Assembly (NCBI GenBank): GCA_951406725.2
Contig: OX597834.1
Span: 41,168,001-41,232,000, forward strand
Length of the DNA: 64,000 nt
Direction: 5' to 3'
Source of the DNA: Octopus vulgaris
Taxonomy: Eukaryota
In this document: positions 11,474 through 24,715 of the stretch, in pieces
Position numbering within the stretch: the stretch's first letter is position 1
Layout: each line of letters starts with the position of its first letter
Notes under the pieces: model-generated
Seen by the model: only the letters and a program-made list of their open reading frames with translations
Databases searched by the model: none
What the model was told of the DNA's origin: nothing
Position numbers and translations under genes: made by a program

Positions 11474-12182
11474 TGCTGTGCGTGAGAAGACCCGGCAAGA
11501 CTAGTCAGGCCATAACCCGTGGCCCCTACCTGGGACGTAGTCAGTCCACCTGTGCATACCTTCCTTCTTGTGACACTTGTGAAGACCTGTTGAGGCAAGT
11601 GAAAATCAAATCAAAAAATCAAAAAATCAAACAAAATCAAAATAGATGAACATCAATGGAATTTGTATCTTTGTGGTACCAGTGCCGGTGGCACACGAGA
11701 AAACCATCCGAACGTGGCCGTAGCCAGTGCCGCACCGACTGGCCTCCATGCTGTGGGCACGTAACAATCACCATCCGATCGTGGCCGATCGCCAGCCTCA
11801 TCTGGCTCCTGTGTCGGTGGCACATAAAAAACACCATCCGAGCGTGGTCGTCTGCTAGCCTTGTCTGGCACCTGTGTCGGTGGCACATAAAAACACCATC
11901 CGAGTGTGGCCGTTCGCCAGCCTCGTCTGGCACCTGTGTCGGTGGCACATAAAAACACCATCCGAGCGTGGCCGTTCGCCAGCCTCGTCTGGCACCTGTG
12001 TCGGGGGCACATAAAATCACCCACTATACTCTCGGAGTGGTTGGCGTTAGGAAGGGCATCCAGCTGTAGAAACACTGCCAGATCTGACTGGCCTGGTGCA
12101 GCCTTCGGGCTCCCCAGACCCCAGTTGAACCGTCCAACCCATGCTAGCATGGAAAGCGGACGTTAAATGATGATGATGATGA
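11470..12182 (+). mobile_element. Longest copy of the (GAT)n-tail element, with about five ~60-bp internal repeats
   Basis: Units caccatccgagcgtggccg...cctgtgtcggtggcacataaaaa over 11700-12020, followed by the conserved core and GAT tail. Extra 5' sequence at 11470-11680. Confidence 0.75.
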
Positions 12183-12637
12183 TATATATATATATATATA
12201 TACACGCATGTATAGCTCTGTGTGTGTATATATATATATATATACACGCATGTATATCTCTGTGTGTGTATTTATATATATATATAATCTCATCACAATA
12301 CAGTATGCCATCTATTGCAAGTTTCAGATCGATCTCCAGGGAGGGTGCTTTCAGAATGATTGTTCCACTAATAACCCTGAATCCAAACAACCGTGTGTGC
12401 ATGTGTGTGTGTGTGTGTGTGTGTGATGATATGCAATGTTGTAAATGAATGTCATTCTTTCCCAATCTTCTGCAAAACCATGTCTGGTGATGGCGAAATT
12501 TTACTTTGCTTGGAAACCAGTTAGGGATTGAACTTGAAGATATTTGATTGCAAAGCAAGCTGCTGAACCACAACTAATAACAACGATTGTCTTTTTCTAT
12601 GGCTTTCTGTTTCTTAAAATCATTGTCAAAACTACAC

Positions 12638-12977
12638 CTGTTTGTCTATACATCTATGTGTCTATCCATTTATCTGTTTGTCTATATATCTATGTGTCTA
12701 TCCATTTATCCGTCTGTCTATATATCTATGTGTCTATCCATTTATCCGTCTGTCTATATATCTATGTGTCTATCCATTTATCCGTCTGTCTATACATCTA
12801 TGTGTCTATCCATTTATCCGTCTGTCTATATATCCATGTGTCTATCCATTTATCCGTCTGTCTATATATCTATGTGTCTATCCATTTATCCGTCTGTCTA
12901 TATATCCATGTGTCTATCCATTTATCTGTTTGTCTATACATCTATGTGTCTATCTATTTATCCGTCTGTCTATATAT
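12638..12977. repeat. 36-bp minisatellite, about 9.5 copies
   Basis: Unit tctgtctatatatctatgtgtctatccatttatccg, seen as the 12-aa VCLYIYVSIHLS period in the ORF track. Confidence 0.95.
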
Positions 12978-12997
12978 TTATTCATTTGTTTTTCCAG

Positions 12998-13111
12998 AGT
13001 ACTTATAAGTTCCGAGCCCATATCCTACCACCATTTCGTCAGATGTTCTACCAGATTTGCGACATAGTAGACGATGATGTACAATCTTTACTTAACCAAA
13101 ACAATGGACAG
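12998..13111 (+). CDS. GTF3C5: GTF3C5 internal exon
   Basis: ttgtttttccag acceptor and gtttgt donor at 13112. Encodes STYKFRAHILPPFRQMFYQICDIVDDDVQSLLNQNNGQ, matching the conserved LPPYRQMFYQLCD motif. Confidence 0.95.
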
Positions 13112-14883
13112 GTTTGTGTTGTTGATGCATTTTCCTCTGTAAACCACACCCAGGGCACTTGAAATATTCTCTTCTCAAAACCAGTATTGATTTAAAAAAA
13201 TGCTTAGACATAAGTAAGATACCACAAATGTGTGATTAAAGTACTTCACTTTAAATTTTGTGGCCAAACTTTCAAATCCTAGTCATGAGCTCTGATGTTC
13301 TGTAATCAGGAAACTTTTGTCTGGACTGGGTCATTTTACAATTTTTTATGCATTTCAGTTTTGTTTTATGGCTTACGTGCCACCTGCACAGGAGGAGCCA
13401 GTCCCGTGGCACTGGCAACGACCTCACTCGGAGAAAATCTAGTGTGCACATCATCTTTTTACAGGTCCCTGAAACTAGGGTGGGAAAGAAAAGAAGAAAC
13501 TACAGTTCATGGAGTTTTCTTGAATAGGGGCTTCTTCCAAATGCGTACTCATTATTCTAAGTTGTCCTTCATTCTCATGGGGTCGTACTTGCTAAAGGGG
13601 TTTTGGTTTATAGTGGCTTTGTTGTTCATATTATATCATATATCAGGGTGGAGAGCTGGCAGAATCATTAGCAATGTGGAGCAAAATGCTTTGCGACATT
13701 TTGTTGTACGCCTTCATGTTTTGAGTTCAAAGACTTCGCCTTTCATCCTTTTCAGGGTTGATAAAAAGAGTACCAATTGAGCACTGCCATTGATTTACCT
13801 CTCTCCTGAAATTGCTGGCCTTGTGCCAAAATTCGAAACGTATAATATATCGTGCATTGCTATTGTGTGATAGTTCTTCACATTCACAGGGGTTCTAATT
13901 CTGCTAGGGTAAAACTTATTTAAAGATATTTAGCTTATTGAGGTTTTGTTGCACAAACACACACACACACACACATGCATACACATGTGCACACACACAC
14001 ACACAAAATGAGCCTCGACACAGGTCTGTAGTCTAGTGGTTAGAGTGACACATTCACAACCACCAGATCTTGGGTTCGATTCGTGGACTGTGCAGCATGT
14101 TGTGTTCTTGAGTAAAACATTTTATTTCACATCGCCGTAGTACTGTGTGGGAACCACTATTCCAAAAAAAGTAGATCCGTTTCCTCTGTGTATCATAAAA
14201 AAGAAAAAAAAAATGGCCACTTAAAGATGTTGAGGTAGGGTTTGCACTGCGACCTCATAAAACCCTCACTAGCAACGACTACCTGAAAAAAGATCCACAG
14301 GCTGGAAGGTTGTTGCTGGTGTGGTGCAAAGGTGTCATCCCATGTTTCACACACAAGCCATCGATAGACTTTGGGGCTGTGGTAGAAGATACTTACCCAA
14401 GGAGCCTGATACTCACTGAAACCAAAACCCAGAAAAACACTCTTAGCGAGAAAGCGATGCTTTGCAGCCTCTTATAAAGCTTTTTCTTAGATCAGAGAAG
14501 AATATAAAAAAAAAGGCCAAGATGACATGAGCTCCCCCACCCTATTCCCTCACACCCTGCTTAGATTTGAACGAAGATCATAGAAAAGACTGTATAACCA
14601 TAAGATATTTCTGCCAACTCACTGTCACCGGTGTCACAACTATTGCCGACCAAAATATTCTCATGACCTCAGTGCTTCTATCTGTGAGTCATACCAGAGA
14701 GAAAAAAAAGAAAGAGAGAGAGAGAGAGAGAGAGTAGTAGTAGTAGTAGTAGTAGTGGGAGAAATATCCCATTGTGAGCTTTTATTCAAAAAATCACTGT
14801 TTTGTGGCTATCTTTCCAGGGTGCTAAACTGGAGAGACAAGGGTGGTTCCTTCACACACACATACACACACCACCCACCCAAC

Positions 14884-14925
<42 letters not shown>

Positions 14926-14938
14926 GTGTGTATATGTA

Positions 14939-14985
<47 letters not shown>

Positions 14986-17099
14986 GTGTGTGTGTGTGTG
15001 CATAACTCTCGGTATGTATGTACATTATATATATATACACACACATACATACATACATATATATATATGCACACACACACAGATATGTGAATATATGTGT
15101 GTGTGCATGTGTATATGTGAATGTGGCCTGGTTTCTGTAACATATTATTCCCACACTTCCCTCCCTTAACCATCACCTGTCCACTTGTTGGTACCACCAC
15201 CACCACCACCATCACCACCACCACCACCTCCATCGCTGCAGCCCACCCGCACGCCCACCTACCCCACTAGCCGAGCAACCCAAACGCCACCTATGTCTCC
15301 AGACTTCTAACGTACTGCCCAAATTTGGTAGTGAGTGATTGCGAGAATAACAGGACAGACAGGGCTGGACGAAGCTGGGAAGGACCGACCTGCTTGCTCC
15401 TTCGTTTTGGCCGAAAATGCATGAGGATATGCACACACACACGCACACACATGCACACATGCACGCACTTACATAAGTAGATATGCACACACACACATTC
15501 ATATAAAAATATTGTTTTCTGTGGCAGTTCAAGAAGTGTAGGAACAACATGAAAATTGTTAATGACACAAAAAATACAGGACAGGCAAGTTAAGCAGTTT
15601 TGAAGGTAGACAATAGCCGTGTGTGGGTGTAGAAAGAGAAATACATACACACTACAACTATACATACCTATGTACATATGTATGTACAGATACGTGTGTG
15701 TGTGTGTATAGTTTTCTTTAGGATATATCTAAGCTTTCTCCTTTGTAGAGTCCAAGCCAGCCGCTGACAAAGTGACAAGGCTCTTTTGTTTAAATTAAGA
15801 CAGTCTGATGGGTTTTAATGGACATCTGAATCGATTGTTGATTCATCATCATCATCATCGTAATCGTTTAACGTCCGCTTTCCATGCTAGCATGGGTTGG
15901 ACGAATGACTGAGGGCTGGCGAACCAGATGGCTGCACCAGGCTCCAATCTTGATCTGGCTAGGTTTCTACAGCTTGATGCCTTTCCCAACGCCAACCACT
16001 CCGAGAGTGTAGCGGGTGCTTTTTACGCACCACCGGCACGAGGGCCAGTCAGGCGGTACTGGCAACGGTCACGGAAAAATTGTGTTTTTTTTTTACGTGT
16101 CTCCTGCACACCGGCACAAGTGCCAGTAAGACGACGCTGGTAGTAATGCGACGCTGGTAGGGGTAAGGCGATTAATATGTGCTTTCTATCCTGGCGTGGG
16201 GTTCGACCAGTTGTCAGGGTCGCAGTCATCCTGCATTGGGAGCCAATGCCTGACTGTTATGACTGATGCTTACATGCATCAGTTTACTAATACATGTGTG
16301 GGTGTGGCTGTGTGGTAAGAAGTTTGCTTCCCAAACACATGGTCCCCGGTTCAATCCCTTTGCACGGCACTTTGGGCTAGTGTTTTTAACATTCATTACC
16401 TTCGTGGATTATGTTTGACAATATAGTATTTGCTAAGATAATATATTCACATCCAAACTTTTATATCGCCCATGTCTGTGAGAAACAACTCCTTTCTCTA
16501 GTTATATATATATGTATGGTGGTTTTACTACATAAATATATTGTGGGAAATATTTTATAAGCTATGAAATTTTAAGAGTGTAATTAACACACATTTTTAA
16601 GACAATATTTGTCACTGATACAAATGTAACTGGATTAAATATGGTGTGTGTACATGTATACAACTTCTGTATGTGTGGGGATGTAAATGTCAGTGTCAGT
16701 TCTTATTTGTGTGCTACATGAGTATGTCTATGTAACTGTGTGTGTGTATATGTGTATATGTGTGAATTTACATATAAATATATATGTAGGTGTATGCATA
16801 TTTGTGCATATATATATATTTATATATAATACAAATAGGAAAATGGTGAAACAAATTTAGTTAGTTCATCAACTTTCGGATATTAGAATGTTGGATTATT
16901 TATTCATTTAATTTGTGTTATAAAATTAATTATTTGAGGAATATCTATTGCTAATACTTGTATATGTATGAATTATCCATGCAATATTCGGAGTATTGCT
17001 AGTATAAGTGAATGCATTTAAGTATAGTATATTAATCCCTCAAAATGAATACTGTTGGAAAATTGGAGATAATACTGATTGATTCATCACTAAAAGATA

Positions 17100-17357
17100 T
17101 AATCGACTTAATCCCTTTATCTGTCCTTGTTTGTCCTCTCTGTGTTTAGCTCCTTGTGGGTAGTAAAGAAATAGGTATTTTGTCTGCTGTTATGTTCTGA
17201 GTTCAAATTCTGCCGAGGTCGACTATGCCTTTCATCCTTTCAGGGCTGATTAAATAAATAGCTGTTATGCACTGGGGTCGATGTAATCGACTTAATTCCT
17301 TTGTCTATCTATGTTTGTCCCCTCTATGTTTAGCCCTCTGTGAACAATAAAGAAATA
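17100..17357 (+). mobile_element. Family C SINE dimer, 5'-truncated
   Basis: Partial module, junction aaagaaatag|gtattt at 17174/17175, then a full second module. Confidence 0.8.
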
Positions 17358-17658
17358 TATGTGTGTGTGTGTGTTGTATGAGTTTTTCTGCCTGTGTTTG
17401 TGTAAAATGGATTGTGTCTGTTTAAAATGGATTGTGTCTGTTTTATGTCAAATTAGTGCTTAGGCATTTGAAAATTAGTAATGAATAAAATAACTAATTG
17501 GGTTGATGTGATTGTCTAAAAATCTCTGAATGCAGTATGCCATATGGCTGTAGTCCAGGGCTGATAAAATAAGTGCCATTTGAGCTCTGGCATCATCGAC
17601 CTTGTGCCAAAATTTGAGACCAATATAAGAATAAAATGTGCATGAATCCCTTCCCACA

Positions 17659-17726
<68 letters not shown>

Positions 17727-18786
17727 TAGATATATGTATGTGTGTGTGTGTGTATATAATTCTTTTATCACCTTAGCTTTTATTTCAATTAATTTTGGAA
17801 ATAATTAACAATTTATTAAAATAACATGGTTCTTATTAAGCAGGTGCTTGAAGCAATTTAACATGAAATTTTGCAGGAAATGTCTTAATTTTTGATTGAG
17901 GTTACTCTAAAGCAGGTACTTTATATGATGCAACCTGGATTGGTCTCGGGGGAGGTTATTATGAAAAGGTTTAAAAGAAAACTAAAATACACAATGCAAA
18001 TGGAAAGAAGTATTTATACAAAAGAATTTTGAAAGGAATTTCTTTTTTTTTATTTGAATGCAAATTAGGTTTTCTAAACTTTGAAGACCATTTAAATCCA
18101 TACCGTTTGCCCACTCGAATTGTTTCCTTTAGATCACTTCTGAGAAAACAGAAATGTATAGCTTGACATGCTATCATCTTATTTTATCTTTGTAAATGTT
18201 CATGGTTGTTGATTTAAGCTTCACAAGACCCTTCCCCCGCCGGTAATAGGACATCCCACACACACGCACTCTCATGTATGTTGTTGGGATAAACTGTCCT
18301 TTGTTACATATCTTTTATGTTTTTTTACCTTGTAAAGATATTATTTCAACACGTTTAAGTGCATCTTTTATAAGTTTTTGATTTTATTTGAATCACCATT
18401 TAAAAAAAAAATAAATATTTTATAAGCATTTGTATATTTTTCTTTGGCTTCATTGAACTTTTATATTCTTACTGGAACAAATTGCTAGCTGAACCAATTA
18501 ATGCTATACTACAACTACTACTACTACTACTACTCCTACTTATTATTATTATTATTATTATTATTAAGGTGGTGCGCTGGCAGAATTGATAGCACACCAT
18601 GGCATTTTGTCTGTCTTTATGTTCTGAGTTCAAATTCTGCTGAGGTCGACTTTGCCTTTCATCCTCTCAGGTCAATAAATTAAGTACCAGTGAAACACTC
18701 GGGCTGATGTAATTGACTAGTCTCCTCCTGCCAAATTTCAGGCCTTGTGCCTTTAGTAGAAAGGATTATTATTATTATTATTATTA

Positions 18787-19151
18787 CTTCTGCTTTAGCA
18801 AAGGCGGAGGTATTGTTTTCAGTCATGTTTGTTTGTTTGTCCGTGGCCAAGATATCTCAAGAACTGCAGGATGGATTCAGATGAAACTTTCAGGGATGTT
18901 TGGCCTCGTGACTGGTACAAACTGATTAGATTTTGAGATTGATCTGGTACTGGACAAGGATTTTTGGATTATTTTTCCTGTTTTTTTAACTTAATTTTTG
19001 AGAGCGTTCTGGTTCATTTTTAGTATTCTCGTTTGTGAGAGTAGTTGTGTTTATTTCAGATCTTCTCATTTTAAAAATCATCTCCAGCTAATTGTTGAGA
19101 GGATGTTGGTGTTGCCTTGGCGAAGGTTTGCGCTCCCTGAGTGCTCTTGTT
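18787..19151 (+). mobile_element. Non-autonomous Helitron/Helentron-like element
   Basis: 5' ...ggcggaggtattgttttc, (tttg)n microsatellite, and 3' ccttggcgaaggtttgcgctccctgagtgctcttgtt with a subterminal hairpin. Inserted in (ATT)n. The architecture resembles HINE/DINE-1-like elements. Confidence 0.55.
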
Positions 19152-19487
19152 ATTATTGTTAAAGTAGCAAGCTTGCAGAATTGTTAGAGCACTGGAAAAA
19201 TGCTTTGTAGAATTTGTTCCAGTTCTTTACATTCTGAGTTCATGTCCTGCTGAGGTCAAGTTTATTGTTCAATCTTTTGAAGTCAGTAACATAAAACACC
19301 CAGAGAAATACTGCAGTTGTTTCTCGAGGGAGATTGCATCCACGGTACCCCCATCCGGGCACGAAGCCAAACCATATCTCATCTGGGTCTACTATGTCAT
19401 GGATCAGTTGTTCTGTGACTCTTGGTGATCTTCATAACCCGATCAAGTAGTTTGGTTCCTTTATAGTTGCCTCTCTCTAAGGTGTGT

Positions 19488-19575
<88 letters not shown>

Positions 19576-20070
19576 TGTGCATGTAAATAGTAACATACAG
19601 AAAATGGGGGCTAATACCCCACATTGTACTACATTCGCTATCGGGTTGGAGTGAGGAGCCCTCCACTGACCCTGATCTTTGGTTTTGTGTCACATTTCAC
19701 AGCACTTTTATTTGGTGTGTGTTAGTTGAAGGAGGCATTTATTAAAAAAGGGATACAAGTAGATCCTTGCTGAATTAATTTGTGTTACTTTATTATGTAT
19801 TAATTTGTAAAACTGTGGGAGGATGTGACCCCTGTGTGTTTGAGTGCAACAGGAAACTTGCTCTCCTTTCAAGGTACATTTTAGGTACTACATACCTGGA
19901 TTACTTACTTAGTGGAAAAATGCGTGGTTAAAAAACATAAATATTTATCAGGTAAGGAAATGTTCACTCAAATTAGATTTAGCTTTCTTTACTTAACCTG
20001 AAGTGTATCATTACTCAAAATATTTTGTTGGGAAATGTCCATACACACTGTATGGTGCAGTATGGCTTAA

Positions 20071-20723
20071 CCCTTTCATTACAGTGTTTCTTTCAATTAC
20101 TTTAACCCTTTAGTGTTCTGATTATTCTATCAAACATAATGCCTATTGATTCCCATTGATTTGAATTAATCATGCATTATCTCATATCTTCAAGATCTTG
20201 ATGGTGTAATTACCTAATGTAGAATAACATTGTAGGGTAGGTGTGAGAGCCTGGATCTGGTCAGTTTGAACATAAAACAGATTAAATATTTTGGCTGGAT
20301 ATGACTGGTTTAAATGCTAAAGGGTTAAATCATCATCATCATCGTTTAATGTCCGCTTTCCATGCTAGCATGGGTTGGACGGTTCAACTGGGGTCTGGCA
20401 AGCCCGAAGGCTGCACCAGGCCAGTCAGATCTGGCAGTGTTTCTACAGCTGGATGCCCTTCCTAACGCCAACTACTCCGAGAGTATAGTGGGTGATTTTA
20501 TGTGCCACCGACACAGGTGCCAGACGAGGCTGGCAGACGGCCACGCTAGGATGGTGTTTTTTAATATAACAAAGAATTTAGTAAAATAACTTAGTTATCA
20601 TTCAGCTTAGTGTTAGGAGCATAAATTGTGACTAAGGTTTGGTGGAAGATTTTAATTCCAAACTTATGAAAACAAGACATTTGTACTACAGAGCCAGTTT
20701 CAGCTGGGTTGGTAATGAAAGGG
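20071..20723. mobile_element. TTAA-flanked piggyBac-type MITE (type A) with nested MITE B (20106-20324) and a SINE (20330-20560)
   Basis: TTAA at both ends. TIR ccctttcattac/gtaatgaaaggg. The inner element ccctttag...ctaaaggg is also flanked by TTAA. Confidence 0.8.
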
Positions 20724-21312
20724 TTAAAGATGAGTAAACAAATGAATATCATATATTATATATCAACCTATGCCAGCATAAAACATGGGTGTTAAATGAT
20801 GATGATGATTGTTAATGATGATGATATTCTGATACATATATTTTGGAGTAGTACTTGTTTGACAAGTAACTAGGTTTTAGACTGTGTCTTTAATATGAGG
20901 CAATTTACACAGTAAAAAAGAAAACAGTCATTTTACCCATTTAATGTATAACACAAAAACATTTTACACTCACTTTTATAGCCATTTCTTAATAGTACAG
21001 TCGAGAATAAAAAGTCCAAAAAGTTCTGACGTACTTCTGTGATTTGATCATTAATGCAAAACCAATGTACTTCAAAATGAATCTCATGAATCCCATGGCT
21101 GTACTTATCACTGACTCAGCTACTTTACAGAAACGTGTCATTTCTCATTGAAAAAACAGAGAGAGAGAGAGAGAGACAGACAGATAGATAGATGGATGGA
21201 TGGATAGAGAGAGAGAGAGAGAGAGAGAGAAGTAGATAGAAAGAAAGAGAGGAGAGAGATAGACAGATACAGACCGATAAATAGATACACAGACAGACAG
21301 ACAGATAGTAGT

Positions 21313-21646
21313 GAAGGTGCATGGCTCAGTGGTTAGAGCATCAGGCTTACAATCATGTGGTAGTGAGTTTGATTCCCGGACTGGGCTGCGTGTTGTGTTC
21401 TTGAGCAAGACACTTTATTTCACGTTGCTCCAGTTCACTCAGCTGCTGAAATGAGTTGCAGCATCACTAGTGCCAAGCTGTATCGGCCCCTTTTGCCGTT
21501 CCCTTAACATCGATGACATGGAGAGGAGAGGCTGGTATGCATGGGCGACTGCTGGTCTTGCATAAACAACTCTGCCCAGACTTGTGCCTTGGAAGGGAAC
21601 TTTCTAGGCGCAATCCCATGGTCGTTCATGACGGGGGTCTTTACCC
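21313..21646 (+). mobile_element. Full-length tRNA-derived SINE family D
   Basis: A box tggctcagtgg, B box-like gagtttgattccc, and CORE-like ttcttgagcaagacact. Confidence 0.8.
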
Positions 21647-21868
21647 ATTTATATATCATCATCATTTAGCTTCCACTTGCAGATTTTTGTTGAGGCAGAT
21701 AGTCTACAGCTAGACGCCCTTCTTCCTGTTGCCAACCCTCCCCTTTTTCTGAGCAAGCTAATATTTCCCTATGGACGGGCATGTTTTTCACAGAAAGCTG
21801 GAAATGAACAACACCGCTTATATGACAGTGATGCTCTTTTACAACCATCGTGTGATGGCTTGAGAAAG

Positions 21869-21913
<45 letters not shown>

Positions 21914-21978
21914 AACATTCAGTCTCTGTCTACCAAATCCATTCACAAGACTTTGGTCTGTTCAGGGATACCATAGAA

Positions 21979-22333
21979 CAGTGGTTTTCAGCTGGGGTCC
22001 ATATGGTCACTGGAGGCCCATATAAGATTTTAGGGTGTCCACATAAGCAAAACAGCAAATCGAGGATCCTCACTAGTATTTGAAGGCTACATGGAAAAGT
22101 TTTGCTTTAGATGTATTCAATGCAAGAAACAGCTGGGTTTCTTTCTCTAAAGTTTTGCATATTTTAACAAGTCTCCAACCATCAAAACATGTTCTCTCAA
22201 AGAATGTTATTGCAAACCTATACAAAATTAGGTTTGTAAACATCAAATGGCTAGGGGGGGGGGGGCTCCACCAGAATAAAATAGCTATTAAACGGATTCA
22301 TAAGTAGAAAAAAAAATGGTTGGGAACCACTGC
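21979..22333. mobile_element. hAT (Charlie/MER5-like) MITE
   Basis: Termini cagtggttttcagc ... ggttgggaaccactg. Confidence 0.55.
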
Positions 22334-23470
22334 CACTGAACATGCACTGGGATTGAACTCCAGAACGTGTAATTGAGAAGCAGGTTTCTCAACCACACAG
22401 CTACATCTGTACTTGTGTGTGTGTGTGTGTGTGTTATGCCTCTGTAACTTAGTGGTTCGGCAAAAGTGGCCCACAGAATAAATGTACCAGGCTCTAAAAA
22501 GAATAAGTACTGGGGTTGACTTGTTCATCTGAACCCTTCAAGACAGTGCCCCAGCATGGCCGTACAGTCCAATAACTAAGTGTGCATATGTGTGTGTGTG
22601 GGTACATGTACATTTTACATGTGTCCATATATATATATATACATATATATAGGAAGGGCATCCAGCTGTAGAAACATTGCCAGATAAGACTGGAGCCTGG
22701 TGCAGCCTCCTGGCTTCCCAGACCCCGGTCGAACTGTCCAACCCATGCTAGCATGGAGAACGGACGTTAAACGATGATATATATATATATATATATACGA
22801 AAATATTCCTTCACACACACACACAGTTAAACTTATATAATACAGTAGTAGTACTAGTAGTAGTAGTAGTAGAAGAGGTGGTGGTGGTGGTGGTGACGTA
22901 CTATCTATAACAGAACCAGGGAAGGTAGTGTGTGTGGGGCAGGGGGTGGTTGTACTGGTACTGGTGGCCGTGGTAGTGTGAAGGCCCGGAATGCAGAATA
23001 GCAACATTCTAATTTCACACCCACACACGTGGCACACCCACTGCACAGAGAGAGAGAGAGAGAAAACGCTAAAGAAAACCAAACACCTTAAAGAAAATTA
23101 CTCTCCTTCTCTCTCTCTCTCTCTCTCTCTCTGTCCATTGATATATCTGTGTGTGTGTATATATATATATATACACACACACACACATATATATGCATAT
23201 ATGTAATAGACACACGTGTGTGTGTGTGTGTATGGATATATTGTTGCTGTTTTGTTTGTAGTGGTGGTGGTGGTATCAGTGAGGTCACAGCTATAAAACC
23301 TTCTGCCCCCTAAGCCTCCGTACCTCCCTACCCACAACACAGGTGTAAGCAGCAAGTCTAAGGGAGAGCAGTTGTAATAGTGTGTGTATGTGTGTGTGTG
23401 CGTGAGAAAGAGACAGAGAGAGAGAGAAGGAGCACATTTATTATCATGTGTATGTATGTATATATGTATG

Positions 23471-23511
<41 letters not shown>

Positions 23512-24678
23512 GTGTGTATATATATACCTGTTTACCTAATTTTTCTCATGGTTAAATACACACACACACGCATGCACACACACATTCACAAAACTAGGGT
23601 TCCATAAATTAAAATGCACGCTGCCACGCCACAGAGTGCAGGACACTGGTGAAATGTGAAACCCTTCCTGGGGGTGAGTGACACCTACTTACCTACCTGT
23701 GTATAGACTTACCTACCTACCTACCTATCAACCAAACTTCCTTCCTCTCTGTCTTCCATCCGAGGTGACTAAAACTTTCGCTGACAATACAATCTCTTTA
23801 AATATATATATATATATATCATTACATCATACAACAAGGGAACAAGGATGTTATTTTGTTTGGGAAAAGGGCTGTGGTTGTTTTTAACCCTAGGTTACCT
23901 ATATTCACCAGCTTGCCAGTAGCAACCATTTCATATCCTAGTGGTATTTAGGACTACATTGTCTAAGGCACCCCTTTCTTATTTAATACAACATGGTGTC
24001 AAGGGAAAGAGATTTGGTTGCTGTTTTTAACAGGCTTAAGTGACTACATAGAGGCTCTCACAATGTGAGCCTATAGTTGGGGGTAGTCCCCGTTTTGGAA
24101 TCAGTCCCACCTCCTTTCCTTTCTGTAACCCAGGCACATATTTTATGTCTGCGCAGGGAAGAGACAAAGAACAGGTAATACATCTCATGCTCCCTTGCAA
24201 ACCAATCTTTTAATTCTTCCTTAACCCACTTCTTGCTCCTCTTCCCTCTTACCAAGGGATGGGAGCCAACATAAACCTGATACAGGAAAAGGGGGTGAGG
24301 GCACATTTTTTTAAGAACCTTTCCACTACCTGTTTTCTTGGTTTCTATGCTATTTATGGTTTAGAGAGAAGTGGAGGGGCAGCGTCCTTGACCTGTTTTT
24401 GGCAGAGCATTCAGAGGTTGGTAGAGGCTAAAGGCAATGGAAATTGTGAATCATGAGTTTGCTGTTACCCCTTCAATCCCTGCTAGCCATCAGTGGGTGT
24501 AGAGTGGACCTGCCAGCAAATGATATGCTATCATCGCTATCGCAAGGTAGGCAGGTGGGCTTAATTCACTGGGTTATAAATGGTGATAGACTTTTGTCAG
24601 AGTTCCACCCCTCATATATACACTTTAGATTATATATACACTTTAGATGAGTTGTAGTGCACCTGAGCACTGTACACA

Positions 24679-24715
<37 letters not shown>

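Noticed and set aside
12544-13008. ORFs with a 12-aa repeat (VCLYIYVSIHLS)
   Set aside because: These are translations of an intronic minisatellite; only 12998-13111 is a real exon.
3123-13111. Autoregulation of the TFIIIC gene by intronic B-box SINEs
   Set aside because: SINE density is no higher in these introns than elsewhere in the window, so this is probably coincidence.
14564-14683. Open frame between ttag and gtgagt
   Set aside because: Phase is incompatible with the previous GTF3C5 exon and there is no recognisable homology.
20974-21150. Possible minus-strand exon ending at gtgag
   Set aside because: No clear acceptor, no homology and no partner exons.
21313-21385. tRNA gene
   Set aside because: This is the tRNA-like head of a SINE, continuous with the SINE body and without an intact cloverleaf. 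The same applies at 29912 and 57922.
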